Source of the DNA: an uncultured Actinomycetota bacterium
GTDB lineage: Bacteria > Actinomycetota > Thermoleophilia > RBG-16-64-13
Reading direction: 5' to 3'
DNA: 64,000 bases
NCBI GenBank assembly: GCA_963790415.1
Contig: CAWBOK010000008.1
Span: forward strand, 7,125 to 71,124
Of this stretch, positions 11,811-23,317 are shown piece by piece. The notes under the pieces are model-generated. The model worked only from the letters and a program-made list of their open reading frames with translations. It searched no databases and was not told where the DNA came from. Within the stretch, counting starts at the first letter, position 1. Each line of letters begins with the position of its first letter. Made by a program: the position numbers and the translations under genes.

Positions 11811-12621
11811 ATGAAGCCAGCGCGGGCGGACTCTCCGTTTTGCGACGTATCTGGCGCCGAGCATGTGGCCGGTCTACGAGTTCATCGCCGGCTATGTCGG
11901 GGACGCGTTGGGCCGTCCCGCGACCCTTGTGACCGGCTCGTCCTTCGACCAGTTCGCCGAGGGGGAAGTCGACGTCGGCTTCATATGAGGGCTGCCCTAC
12001 GTCTGGCTGATGCGCCAGAACCCGCCCCCGGTCGAACTTCTCGCCGCCCCGGTCCTCTCGGGTGAGCGCTACGAGGGCCGGCCGATCTACTTCTCCGACG
12101 TCGTCGTGCGCGCCGACAGCCCGCTGCGTTCGTTCGCCGAACTGCGGGGGCACTCCTGGTCGTACAACGGCACGGACTCTCACTCCGGCTACAACGTCAC
12201 CCGCGCTCGGCTGGTCGAGATGGGCGAGACCCAGGGATTCTTCTCCCAGGTGGTCCAGGCGGCGCTCACCAGCGTTCGATCGAGATGGTGCTCGGCGGGG
12301 AGGTGGAGGCCTCGGCGATCGACTCTCAGGTGCTCGCCATCGAATTCCGCGAACACCCCGAGTCGGCGGCCGGTCTCAAGATCATCGACTCGCTCGGGCC
12401 GTCGACCATCCAGCCCGTGGTGGCCTCGGTCCACCTGTCCCAGGAGGTGAGGGCGGACGTCCGCCGGGTGCTTCTCGACATGCACCAGGACCCGCGGGCC
12501 CGAGCTGGCTCTCGCGTACGGGTTCGTCGAACGGTTCGCGCCGGTTGCCGATGAGACCTACGACGACATCCGCCGGATGCTCGCCGCCGCCGAGCAGGCT
12601 GGGTTCATGCAGCTTCGTTGA
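11811..12621 (+). CDS. PhnD/SsuA/transferrin-family substrate-binding protein, candidate selenoprotein (in-frame TGA 11986-11988), about 3 frameshifts
   Basis: Reads LRFATYLAPSMWPVYEFIAGYVG...DVGFI(TGA)GLPYVW...PIYFSDVVVRADS...SHSGYNV...HQRSIEMVLGGEVEASAIDS...TYDDIRRMLAAAEQAGFMQLR*. RBS GGAGG precedes ATG 11811. Confidence 0.8.
11989..12027 (+). promoter_or_regulatory. Candidate bacterial SECIS element
   Basis: TCTGGC-TGATGC-GCCAGA hairpin (12002-12019). The loop starts about 20 nt after the TGA with G at loop position 2. A lower GGGC/GCCC stem is possible. Confidence 0.6.
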
Positions 12622-13873
12622 CCGGCCGCTTCCGCCCGACGCGCAGGAACAGCACTCCGATCGCCGGCAGCCCGCCCATGGCCGCCAGCAGGAGGAAACC
12701 GGCGGTGAATCCGCCCCCGGTGTCCAACAGCACACCGACCAACCACGGCGCCAGCAGGGACCCGGCGAAGCCGAGCACGTTCATGTAGCCGGTGGCCGCG
12801 CCCACCGTCCGCAGATCGACCACCTCGGGGACGAGAGAGAACATCGGGGCGAAGTAGAACATGCTGAAGAATCCGGAGATGAGGACCGCGGCGAACACCC
12901 CGAGCAACTCGGGAGAGAACGGCAGCGCCAGTGTGGCCAGGCCCATGGCCACCAGGGAGAAGGCGATGATCCGGCGCTTGCCCCACCGTGCCGAGGCGGC
13001 TGCGCCCGCCGGGTTGCCCACCAACGCCGCCACGCCGAGACCCGCGGTCAGGGCGGCGGCCAGGTCGCGTCCCGCTCCGAACTCCTGGGCGAGGAAGGTG
13101 GGTGTCCAGACCAGCACGCCAACGCCGGCCGCCAGCCCGGCGGCGTTGAAGAGCCCCAGCAGGTTGATGTCCCTATTCCGGGACGCCCGTGCCAACGCGG
13201 CGCCCACGTCGCGCACCGACGTAGTCCGGTGCTCCCGAGGCGGCAGAGCGCGCACGGCGGGCTGCAGGAGGGCGACGAGCGCGACGACCACGACGATCGC
13301 CGCCAGGACGAGGAGCACGGCGCGGAACCCGGCCGCCTGGGCCACCGGAGGGAAGATCACCAAGGCGGCGACCGTGCCGATGCCCCAGCCGGCGCCGAGG
13401 AACCCCCAGGCACGATTGAGTCGCTCGGGGCGCACGGCCTGAGCCAGCACCGGGCTGCAGCACGGAATGATCATTCCGCAACCCAGACCTTGCAGGACCC
13501 GGCCGGCCGCGAACCCCGCCAGCGACGAGCTCGCGGCGAACATGAGCGAACCGGCGATCAGCAACGCCGCGCTCACGGCGAGCACCCGGCCGCCGTACCG
13601 GCCGGCCGCAAGCCCGGAGGGGATGGGCGCCAACCCGTACGCGAGCATGAAGCCCGACGTCAACAGCCCGATCTCGGATGCGGAGAGCCCGAACTCACGC
13701 TGCAGATCGGTGGATATCACCGCCATGAGGCTGATCGCCAGCCCCGAGGCCGTGAAGCACAGCATCGTGACGATGGCGAGGATATCCTCGCGCCGACTCC
13801 GGCCGGGGTCGGGCGGCGGGTGCGCCGGGAAGTCGCCCGGGTAAGTGTCGTGTAAATCGTCGCTGCGGGCCAT
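12605..13873 (-). CDS. MFS transporter
   Basis: About 12 TM segments. GLAAGRYGGR, GRVLQGLG and ARWGKRR motifs. Confidence 0.85.
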   Translation of the reverse strand: MARSDDLHDTYPGDFPAHPPPDPGRSRREDILAIVTMLCFTASGLAISLMAVISTDLQREFGLSASEIGLLTSGFMLAYGLAPIPSGLAAGRYGGRVLAVSAALLIAGSLMFAASSSLAGFAAGRVLQGLGCGMIIPCCSPVLAQAVRPERLNRAWGFLGAGWGIGTVAALVIFPPVAQAAGFRAVLLVLAAIVVVVALVALLQPAVRALPPREHRTTSVRDVGAALARASRNRDINLLGLFNAAGLAAGVGVLVWTPTFLAQEFGAGRDLAAALTAGLGVAALVGNPAGAAASARWGKRRIIAFSLVAMGLATLALPFSPELLGVFAAVLISGFFSMFYFAPMFSLVPEVVDLRTVGAATGYMNVLGFAGSLLAPWLVGVLLDTGGGFTAGFLLLAAMGGLPAIGVLFLRVGRKRPVNEAA

Positions 13874-13967
13874 TGCAGCATACTATCGCCTGTAGTAATT
13901 TGCCGTATCGACGTTGCGCACACTCCGACGTTCCGTACAGTCGCACAGACTTACCAAGGGGAACCAC

Positions 13968-14672
13968 GTGGGATCCAATCGTCAGTCAAGAAAGCCCGCA
14001 GATCGCAAGACAACGCCGTCTTCGGCCGATCGCGTGGACGACCTCGCCGCCAAGCGCGAGCGTTTCGAAGAGTCGGGCAGGTTCCCGCTTCGGAAGGTCG
14101 TCGTCGCTGTGTCCGTGGTTGTTGTGCGTCTCCCTGCTGGGGATGGCAGGCTGGTCGAAGGTGCAGGCTTCCAAGCAGGTCTCGAGTGGCGTGCAGGTCG
14201 CGCCTCAGGCCTCCGCCTCTTCGGCGAGCAATGCCTCGAACCCCGCGTCCGGCGGAACCGTCAGCATGGTCCCTGTCGCCTTGACGGTGTCCGGCGCCGA
14301 CGCCAGCTTCGCGGTGGCCGACGTACAGAAGGCGACTCTCGCCGGCATGAAGTACACGCGCAAGACCCCGCTCGCGGGTGACTGGCAGAACATCACCGGC
14401 GGCACGATCCCTCTCATCTCGTACGTCGCTGCCGCAGCGGCAACCTGGTCGTGGCGACCTCCTTCTGCGAGCCGTGCAAGAGCACGAGCTTCCATATCGA
14501 AGGGAACACCCTGGTCTGCGATACCTGCTTCACCAAGTGGGATCTGAACACGCTCCAGGGTGTCTCCGGCGGCTGCACGGCCTATCCGCCTCAGGCGATC
14601 AAGGCCCAGCAGCAGGGTGGTAACATCGTGGTGGCGACCGCCGACCTGGAGAGCTGGACGCCGCGCAACTAG
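13968..14672 (+). CDS. DUF2318-type membrane-anchored Cys-rich (Fe-S/metal-binding) protein, frameshifted near 14125 and 14435
   Basis: N-terminal TM segment, then ATSFCEPC, LVCDTCFTKWDL and GGCTAYPP motifs. Reconstructed across three frames. Confidence 0.7.
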
Positions 14673-14706
14673 CCTGCGGTATGGTGGTCATCGCGTAGTC
14701 TGGGGA

Positions 14707-14737
14707 CGCCGACCCTCCCGGTCCGGGAGGGTCGGCG
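14707..14737 (+). other. Intra-operon stem-loop without U-tract
   Basis: CGCCGACCCTCCCG-GTC-CGGGAGGGTCGGCG, a perfect 14-bp stem between the DUF2318 gene and the permease. Confidence 0.6.
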
Positions 14738-14762
14738 CGCTCTGTGGAGGACGGTCCCGCTC

Positions 14763-15920
14763 ATGCGCATCTCTCACATCGCCCTACGCAACGTCCGCCA
14801 GCACCTGTCGCGGAGCGCCCTCATGCTCCTGGTCATCGCGGCCACGGTTGCTATCGTCTGCGTTCTGTATCTGGTGACCCGCAGCGCCGAACGCGACCTC
14901 GCCAACAAGGTGGACGCATACGGGGCGAACATCGTCGTCGTTCCGTTGACCAAGGATCTGCCGCTGACCTATGGCGGGGTGAGTCTCGGCGGCCTGACCT
15001 ACGACGTGCGCTCCCTGCGCATGACCGACCTCGAGAAGATCCGAGCCATCCCCGACAAGCAGAACGTCAACAACGTGGCCCCCAAGCTGATCGAGGCCGT
15101 GGAGGTCGGCGGCGTGCAGCTTCTGGGTGCCGGGGTGGACTGGAAGCAGGAACTCGCCCTCAAGAAGTGGTGGCAGATCACGGGAAGCCGGCCCCAGGGC
15201 GACCACGACGTCCTTCTGGGCAGCCGGGCGGCGACGAGACTCGGTCTGCGGCCGGGGGCCACGGTGCCCCTCGGCGGTGAGAGGTTCCGGGTGGCCGGCG
15301 TGCTCGGCCCGACCGGCACGCAGGAGGACGACCTGCTCTATCTCGACCTCGCCACCGCGCAGCGCGTCTGGCAGCGTCCCGGAGAGATCAGCCTGGTGGA
15401 GGTCTCCGCCTACTGCAGCACCTGCCCCATCGAGAAGATCAACGCCGAGATCTCGGCCGCCATCCCCAACGCCCGGGTTTCGGCCCTCCTGAAGGCGGTG
15501 GAATCCCGGCGCCTCCTCATCGACCAGTTCCGTCTGTTCAGCGCCGTGCTCTCGGGCCTCATGATCCTGGTCGGCTGCCTGATCGTGCTCTCGTCGACAC
15601 TGGCGGGGGTTCGTGACCGCCGCGGGGAGATCGGCATCTTCAGGGCCATCGGCTATCGGCGTACGCACATCTTCACGATCATCCTGGTGGAGAACCTGGC
15701 CCTGGCCTTGGTCGGCGGGCTGGTGGGCGTGCTGTTGGCCACGCTGGCGGCCGGACCATTGGCGCAGGCCGTGGCGGGGGTGAGCCAGGCTCTTCTGCCC
15801 AGTCCTGTCACGTTGATGCTCGCGCTGGGCGCCTCGGTGGGAGTTGTCCTCGTGGCCAGCATCTACCCGGCCTGGCAGGCCTCGCGCCTGAGCCCAAGCT
15901 TGGCCATGAGGACGATGTAG
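14763..15920 (+). CDS. FtsX/MacB-family ABC permease with extracytoplasmic CxxC
   Basis: ALRNVRQH..RS, YGANIVVVP, SAYCSTCPIE, RRGEIGIFRAIG and YPAWQASRL motifs. Confidence 0.88.
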   Translation: MRISHIALRNVRQHLSRSALMLLVIAATVAIVCVLYLVTRSAERDLANKVDAYGANIVVVPLTKDLPLTYGGVSLGGLTYDVRSLRMTDLEKIRAIPDKQNVNNVAPKLIEAVEVGGVQLLGAGVDWKQELALKKWWQITGSRPQGDHDVLLGSRAATRLGLRPGATVPLGGERFRVAGVLGPTGTQEDDLLYLDLATAQRVWQRPGEISLVEVSAYCSTCPIEKINAEISAAIPNARVSALLKAVESRRLLIDQFRLFSAVLSGLMILVGCLIVLSSTLAGVRDRRGEIGIFRAIGYRRTHIFTIILVENLALALVGGLVGVLLATLAAGPLAQAVAGVSQALLPSPVTLMLALGASVGVVLVASIYPAWQASRLSPSLAMRTM

Positions 15921-15922
15921 CC

Positions 15923-17080
15923 GTGCGCCTGCGGACCATCGCCATCGGCAATCTCCGCCGACGCAAGGGCAAGGCGGCGCTGGTCGTCATAGGGCTGGGT
16001 GTGGCCGTCGCGGCGTTCGTGCTGGTGCTCTCCCTGGTCTTCTCCCTGCGGGCGACCATGGACGACAAGCTGAGCAGATACGGCTCCAACCTGGTGGTCA
16101 CGCCCGCGAGCACCCAACTCAGTCTCACCTACGGCGGGGTGAGTGTCGCCGGCGCGGGGAGCGGGGAGGTGCGCTACCTGCAAGAGGCCGACCTGGCCCG
16201 CCTACGCGCGGTGCCTTCGGGCAAGGAGATCGCCGCGGCGGTGCCCGTGTTGCTTCAGTCGGTCGAGGTCGACGGTCGCTCGTTCCTTGCTATGGGGACG
16301 GATCTGGCTGAGAGCGCCAAGGTCAAGCTCTGGTGGCGGGTGGAAGGACGGCTGCCCGGCAACTCGGACGAAGTCCTGCTGGGCCTCAACGTGCGGAATG
16401 CCCTCAACCTCGACGCGGGCAAGACCCTGACAGTCGCCGGACGGACATTCACGGTGGCAGGCGTACTCCAAGAGACCGGGGGCGAGGAGGACAACCTCGT
16501 CATCATGCCGCTCGCCACTCTGGCCGATCTCACCGGCCTCAAAGGCCGACTCAACCTTATCGAGGTGACGGCGGCGGGCACAGGCGCTGTCGATACGCTG
16601 TCCCGGGAGATCGAGGCGGCTGTGCCCGGCTCCTCGGTGGCTTCGGTCAAGAAGAGCATCGAGTTCACCAACCAGGCCAACTCGTCCCTGGCCGACTTCG
16701 GCCTGACCATCACCCTGCTCATCGTACTGATCTGCGGCCTCGTGGTCATGATCACGATGCTGACGTCGGTCAAGGAGCGGCAGAAGGAGATCGGGGTGTT
16801 CCGCGCCGTCGGCTACAAGCGGATCCATATCACCAAGCTGGTGCTCATCGAGGCGGTCCTGCTCAGCTCGGCCGGCGCCGTGGTCGGGGTGATCGCCGGC
16901 CTGCTGGCCGCGTTCGTCGTGCCGTCGCTGGCGCCCAGCCTTGCGTTGACGACGACGCCGAATCTCGTGGTGATCGTAGCGGGCGTGGCCCTGGCATTCG
17001 TGGTCGGGCTCCTCGCCGCTCTCTACCCTGCCCGCCGGGCCGCCAACATGGACCCCGCGACGGCTCTCAAGCAGATCTAG
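15923..17080 (+). CDS. FtsX/MacB-family ABC permease (paralog)
   Basis: NLRRRKGK, ERQKEIGVFRAVG and YPARRAANMDP motifs. Confidence 0.88.
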   Translation: MRLRTIAIGNLRRRKGKAALVVIGLGVAVAAFVLVLSLVFSLRATMDDKLSRYGSNLVVTPASTQLSLTYGGVSVAGAGSGEVRYLQEADLARLRAVPSGKEIAAAVPVLLQSVEVDGRSFLAMGTDLAESAKVKLWWRVEGRLPGNSDEVLLGLNVRNALNLDAGKTLTVAGRTFTVAGVLQETGGEEDNLVIMPLATLADLTGLKGRLNLIEVTAAGTGAVDTLSREIEAAVPGSSVASVKKSIEFTNQANSSLADFGLTITLLIVLICGLVVMITMLTSVKERQKEIGVFRAVGYKRIHITKLVLIEAVLLSSAGAVVGVIAGLLAAFVVPSLAPSLALTTTPNLVVIVAGVALAFVVGLLAALYPARRAANMDPATALKQI

Positions 17081-17163
17081 CGGCGCGAGGCCGGCTCGGC
17101 CGAAGGCCCGCGGCCAGCGCCTGGGCCGGCCCCAAGTTCGGGGACGGAGCCGGCGGGCGGTAC

Positions 17164-17621
<458 letters not shown>

Positions 17622-17625
<4 letters not shown>

Positions 17626-18749
17626 GTGGGCTCCCCTTCCCAGAAGCGATCGATGGCTTGGTCGAGGATCTCGTAGAGCCGGCCGTCGTCGTCGGCTTGG
17701 GTGCATCCGGGCAACCTGTTCCTGTCCAACCACCGAGACGGGAGCGCCGATGCTCCGTGGAGTGCGCCGACAGTCGCTCCCACCACCGCGGCCACCGTGT
17801 CGTTGTCGTAGGCATCGTTGACGGCTCTGACGATCGCCTCTTCCGGCGACGCGGCGTGGAGCGCCAGGGTGGCCAGCGCGGTCGGCACGGTCTCGAGGAG
17901 ATAGGCTCCCGAGTGCCATCTGTCGCTCACCTGGCGGACGGTCCATCCGTCCACCAAGGCGGGAGTCAATCTCTGCGAGAGAAAGTCGCACAGGCTCCCA
18001 CGGAAGTCGTCGGTGGGGACGCGCGGCTCGTACTCCACGCCGGTCTCCAGGGGTCCCGCGTAGCGGAGGAAGGTCTCCAGCCACCATCCGCCCGGGGGCG
18101 CCTTGGGAGCCCGCCATGCCAGGCACTCGAAGAAGAGCCCGACGAACCCGACACTGGAGACCACGGCCATCTCGTCGGCGTGGGTGAGGGCCGTTGCGTC
18201 GATGACGTCTCGCCAGAGAGCCGTGCTCGGGTCGTGCAGATGCGGGAAGCAGATCGGCGCGATCCGCATGAGGGCACCGTTGCCCGCACTCGGTTGACCC
18301 AACTCCCACCACACTATCGGCTCCTCGCCGCGGACCTGCTGTCCGTAGGCGCGCAGGAACCGCAGCACCGTTCTTCCCATACCGCACAGGGGCCGGGAGG
18401 CGAACGTGGCGGCGAGGTCGTCTAGGTCGAGGGCGCCGCCGCCGGTCTTGCCCGGCCGCAGCAGCGACTCCAGCGTCCACGCGGCCATCTGGGTGTCGTC
18501 GGATGGCAGCCCCACGCGCCTGTTGGCGGCGTGGCGGTTCGGCAGATAGTCCCGTATCTCGCCGTGCGCGAGACGACGGTCGTCGGGAATCTGTCCCTCG
18601 GTGGTGTTGCCCAGGGCGTCTCCCACCGCCAGCCCGAGGATCATGCCCCGCAATCGGTCGCCGGTAACAGTGTCCCGCGGAGGCGGCGGCGGCAGTGGGG
18701 GCGCCACGGCCGGCCAGTGGGAGAAGTGGTCCGGGCGGACCTCGGTCAT
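17622..18749 (-). CDS. ADP-ribosylglycohydrolase family protein
   Basis: [48 protein letters not shown]. Confidence 0.92.
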
Positions 18750-18767
18750 GGTATGCCTACTTCCGAC

Positions 18768-19196
18768 CTACCGCCCGGAGATGTAGTTCTCCAGTTGGTC
18801 GATCCGATACTCTTTCTCGTCCAGGGTGGCCTTGACCACGTCGCGCACCGAGATGACTCCGATCAGCGCTCCCCCATCCAGCACGGGAAGGTGGCGGAAG
18901 TGTTTCTGCATCATCAATGCCATGCACTGCTCGATGCTGTGCTCCGGGGTGACGGCGACGACGTCCACGATCATGACATCGCTGACCGGTGTGTCCAAGG
19001 CGACCTCGGCCTGCGCGACTTTGCGGGCGTAGTCCCGCTCCGACACCACGCCGACCAGGGCACCGCCATCGACCACCATCACGGCGCCCACGTCGGTCTC
19101 CGCCATGAGCCGCAGCGCGTCGAGCACGGATTGGTGCGATGCGATGGTGGATGGATTCTTGTGCTTCTCTTCAAGGATCTGCTTGACGGTCTTCAT
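18768..19196 (-). CDS. CBS-domain protein
   Basis: GVVSERDYARK and FRHLPV...GVISVRDVVK tandem CBS domains. Confidence 0.9.
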   Translation of the reverse strand: MKTVKQILEEKHKNPSTIASHQSVLDALRLMAETDVGAVMVVDGGALVGVVSERDYARKVAQAEVALDTPVSDVMIVDVVAVTPEHSIEQCMALMMQKHFRHLPVLDGGALIGVISVRDVVKATLDEKEYRIDQLENYISGR

Positions 19197-19387
19197 CGTT
19201 GGTCCCCCTGGTCTCTCGATCATATCCCCACGACTCGCCGGAGCGGTTCACTGAAGTATAGAGTACCTTCTCCCTGAATGGAGGCGGAAATGCGGCGGCA
19301 CGGGGGCGTCGCCGGCGGGCGGCGGGCGTGGTGGCAAGACCGCGCGGCCGGCCGAGCCGTCCATGAGGGCTGGTAAGATACGGCGCG

Positions 19388-21526
19388 ATGGAAACCATGA
19401 ACGAACGCGCGGCCACATCCGGCACGGCCACAGGCGGTCCGGAATCCCCCGGGCCGGCCGTCCCCGACGCCGCCCTGGATGTCCTGCGCCGCGTCTTCGG
19501 CTATCCGGAGTTCAGGCCGAACCAGCGCGAGATCGTGGACCACGTTGTCGCCGGCGGCGACGCGTTCGTGCTCATGCCCACCGGTGGAGGCAAGTCGCTC
19601 TGCTACCAGATACCGGCCGTGCTGCGACCGGGGGTCGGGGTGGTGGTGTCCCCTCTCATCTCGTTGATGAAGGACCAAGTCGACGCTTTGCAGGTGCTCG
19701 GGGTGTCGGCCGTGCGACTCGACTCTTCGCTGGAGCCGCGTGAGGCGCGCGACGCGCTGAACCGGCTGCGGGCGATGCGGGAAGGGCAACGGTCACCCTG
19801 CCGGGCCGCGCGACCGCGACGGCGGCGTCGTGGGCGCGGGTGCCGACCATGATGGCCGAGCCGGCCCGGCGGCGCGGCGGATGCAATCGACCTGCTCTAC
19901 GTGTCGCCCGAGCGGCTGATGACCGACGGCATGCTGGAGTTGCTCTCGACCATCCCTCTGGCGCTCTTCGCCATCGACGAGGCCCACTGCGTCTCCCAGT
20001 GGGGCCACGATTTCCGCCCCGAGTACGTGCAGTTGGCCCAGTTGCGTGGACTGTTCCCCGGAGTGCCCTTCCTGGCCCTTACCGCCACGGCCGACGGCCA
20101 GACCCGCGACGACGTGCGTCGCGTGCTCGGGTTGGCCGGTGCGCCGGCGTTCATCGCGGGCTTCGACCGGCCGAACATCCGCTACGTGGTGACCGAGAAG
20201 CGGGAACCGCTGACACAGCTCCGCCGGTTCCTCGACGACCGTCCGGACCACGCGGGCATCGTCTATTGCCTGAGCCGCAAGCGGGTGGAGGAGGTGGCCG
20301 CCCATCTGCGGGCCCACGGGATCCAAGCCGCCGCCTACCACGCCGGGCTGCCCGCCGAGGAACGCACGGCGGTGCAGGAGGCGTTCCAGCGAGACGACCA
20401 GCGCGTGGTCGTGGCGACAGTGGCCTTCGGGTTGGGCATCGACAAGTCGAACGTGCGCTTCGTGGTGCATTTCGACATCCCGCGGAGCATCGAATCGTAC
20501 TATCAGGAGACCGGCCGAGCGGGACGCGACGGTCTGCCCGCCGAAGCCCTGCTTCTGTACAGCCTGCAAGACGTGATGGTGGCCCGGGCGCTGATCGAAG
20601 GGGGTTCCGCACGGGGTCGCAGCGGCTCCGGCGGGGGCGGGCCCGGCTGGGCGCGCGACCGCGACCCCGAGCAGCCCCGCGATCCGGAGCAGGTGCGGGT
20701 GGAACTCCACAAGCTGAACGCCATGGTCGGCCTGGCCGAGGCCCGCACCTGTCGGCGGCGCGCCTTGCTGGGCTACTTGGGCGAGTCCTTGGCGGCCGAT
20801 TGCGGCAACTGCGACGTCTGTCTCGATCCGCCGGACTGCTACGACGCCACCGAGGATGCCCGCATGGCCTTGTCGTGCGTGTATCGCGTGGGGCAGCGGT
20901 TCGGGGTGGCCCACGTCATCGACGTGTTGAAGGGCGCGGACACCGCGCGCATCCGGGACCTCGGTCACGAGCGCCTCTCCACCTACGGCATCGGGGCCCA
21001 CCTCAGCCGCGATGCCTGGACCAGCCTGGTGCGACAATTGATCCACCGGGGCTATCTGGAGCAGGATATCGCCCGCTACTCCGTGCTCACGCTCACGCCG
21101 GCGGCGCGGGCGGTGTTGCGCGGCGAGGAACAGGTCGTGCTGGCCCGGCCGCGGTTCGAGACTTTCGGGGTGGGCAGGGCGAAGAAGGACCGGAAGCGAG
21201 CCTCGGCCCCAGGTAGCCCTGGGGTCCGGACTGCCGGGTCGGGTGCCGCCGGGTCGGGCTCTGCCGACTCCTCCGATCCCGCTGCCGCCGAACTGTTCGA
21301 GCGGCTGCGGGCGCTGCGCCGGCGCTTGGCCGACGAGCAGAAGGTGGCAGCGTACATTGTGTTCTCCGACGCTACTCTCTGGGACATTGTCGCGCGCCGG
21401 CCGCAGACCGAGGCCGAGCTTCTCGAGGTGAGCGGCGTAGGTGAGACTAAGCGAGAGCGGTATGGGGCGGCGTTTCTTGAGGAGCTGCGTGGGGATGGTG
21501 GCGGCGACGAAGCGCTGGCCGGGTGA
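19388..21526 (+). CDS. recQ: ATP-dependent DNA helicase RecQ, frameshift and insertion near 19770-19890
   Basis: [45 protein letters not shown]...CGNCDVC zinc site, RQC and HRDC domains. Confidence 0.93.
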
Positions 21527-21823
21527 GTGGAGCCTCCAGCAGTCAGTGGGAATTCGATATGGGCCCGCTGAGTCTTTCGTCCCGTCGACCTGCAATGCCG
21601 TATGCCCAGTGTGCCGGCGAGCAAGCGCGCGATCTCCTGCTTGTTCGCCATGTGACGTTATCGCTCCCCGGGCCGCCTCCTGGTACAGTCGTGACAGCAG
21701 CAAAGGTTGCGCGACGACTCGGTTGTCGCTCTTGCGTAGGCGATCGTTCCACCTTGACCAAGGAACCGTGAGTGTGGATTGTCCTCCTGATGACTGGTCT
21801 TCTGCTCGGGCGGTGCGTCTTGT

Positions 21824-22090
21824 TCAGGCCTCTGCGACCTGCTCCAATGCGGGCACAGGATCCGTCATGTTCAGCTCCTTGCTCAGTGCCCGTCGCGCCT
21901 CTCCCAGCCAGTACGCTGCTCCCATGTCGGCGAACTCGGCTTCGGCCAGCCGGAGGTGTTCCCCGTCGTCGAGACGGCGGCCGATCTCGAGGTGGGTGAT
22001 TGCTCCCTCGTAGCGCGCCCCCTGTCTCTCGGCCACGGCTAGGCTCTTCCGCCACCAATGCTCCGCCCGCCCCGGCCGGCCTGCAAGAAG
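21824..22090 (-). pseudogene. C-terminal TPR-like remnant, probably from a large STAND/cyclase-type regulator
   Basis: WWRKSLAVAERQGARYEGAITHLEIGRR...AEAEFADMGA resembles the terminal TPR of AAA-cyclase proteins. No upstream body or start. Confidence 0.45.
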
Positions 22091-22222
22091 ACCCCTGTTT
22101 ACCCGCGGTCTGGATACCGATACACGGCGCGGTTTCGAAGAGATGAATCGGGCGTTGAAAGCTAGGGCAGAGCAATAATGAGCGCACGATCGACGGAGAG
22201 AAACCGACTTCGACGTGCCTGC

Positions 22223-22303
22223 GAAATCACCCCGGGCGTGCACTGCCTGGCGGCGGGCAAGGCGCTCCTTCGGTCCAACACCTACTTTGTGCGGTCAGGA
22301 TAA
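22223..22303 (+). pseudogene. N-terminal fragment of an MBL-fold metallo-hydrolase
   Basis: EITPGVHCLAAGKALLRSNTYFVRSG* resembles the typical EIAPGV...NVYFV start of MBL hydrolases. Confidence 0.55.
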
Positions 22304-22352
22304 GATGATCGGGTCGGCTTCTTGAAGACCAAAGTGGGGGGGTGGACGAGCT

Positions 22353-22898
22353 ATGAGATGGCCTACCACGGCTGTAGGGCTGCTGATGATCGAGCATCGT
22401 CTAATCGAGCGCGTGCTCGCGAATGCTCCGCAGCATCTCGCTTCTCTGACTGGGGGAGGCGACATCCCCGCCTATATCGATGTCGTCGTCGACTTCCTGC
22501 ACGTCTATGCGGATCGCACCCATCACGGCAAGGAGGAGGACATTCTCTTTCGACAGCTTGCCGGTAAGTCTCCCGATGCCGAGGTTGCCCGGCAGATGGA
22601 AGAGCTGCTCGCTGAGCATGCGCACGCCCGGGAGACGACGGGACGGCTGGTCGAGGCGAACATGCGCTTTCGGAGCGGCGATGAAACTGCCCTCGGGGAG
22701 ATCGAGCAGACCCTGGGCGAGCTCGTCCTCTTCTATCCGCGCCATATCGAGAAAGAGGACCGGTACTTCTTCACGTCCAGTGTGGCGTACTTCTCGCCTG
22801 AGGAACGGCAAGCCATGTTGAGCGAATTCTCCAACTACGACCGCACGATGATCCATGAGAAATACCGCCAGGTCGTGGATATGTTAGCGGGGGAGTAG
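22353..22898 (+). CDS. Hemerythrin HHE cation-binding protein
   Basis: LMIEHRLIE, YADRTHHGKEEDILF, EHAHAR and HIEKED motifs. Confidence 0.9.
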   Translation: MRWPTTAVGLLMIEHRLIERVLANAPQHLASLTGGGDIPAYIDVVVDFLHVYADRTHHGKEEDILFRQLAGKSPDAEVARQMEELLAEHAHARETTGRLVEANMRFRSGDETALGEIEQTLGELVLFYPRHIEKEDRYFFTSSVAYFSPEERQAMLSEFSNYDRTMIHEKYRQVVDMLAGE

Positions 22899-23021
22899 CC
22901 CGTCCACTCTGGGGATTGGCGGACGTCTGACCGTGGCTCGGTCCCATTCCGGCTCGGTTGACGGACTCGGCGCGAAGGACTAGTCTCCCCGGCTGTCCGC
23001 AGTCCCCAGCGAAGGGCCGCC

Positions 23022-23276
23022 ATGATCTCGACTCCGGCGCGGTGGAGGGTGGTATCTGCCTTCGCCGCCGTCTACATCATCTGGGGAACCACGCATCTTG
23101 CCATCCGCTTCGCGGTAGAGACCGTCCCTCCCGTCCTCATGGGCGGTCTCCGCTTCATCCTCGCCGGCCTACTGCTCTACGGGTGGACGCGGCTCCGCGG
23201 CGTCGGGCGCTCGGAGCCATCGCACTGGAGGCCTGCGATCATCTCCGGGGTCCTCGTTGTAGCCGTCGCGCAGTAG
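23022..23276 (+). pseudogene. Truncated EamA/DMT transporter
   Basis: AFAAVYIIWGTT...PPVLMGGLRF. Only 84 aa of a family usually about 290 aa long. Confidence 0.7.
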
Positions 23277-23310
23277 ACGCTCCGGCGCCTATCGGGGGGC
23301 GCCGGAGCGT
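23277..23310. terminator. Stem-loop between convergent genes
   Basis: ACGCTCCGGCGCC...GGCGCCGGAGCGT, a 13-bp inverted repeat. Confidence 0.6.
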
Positions 23311-23317
23311 GGAGGCG

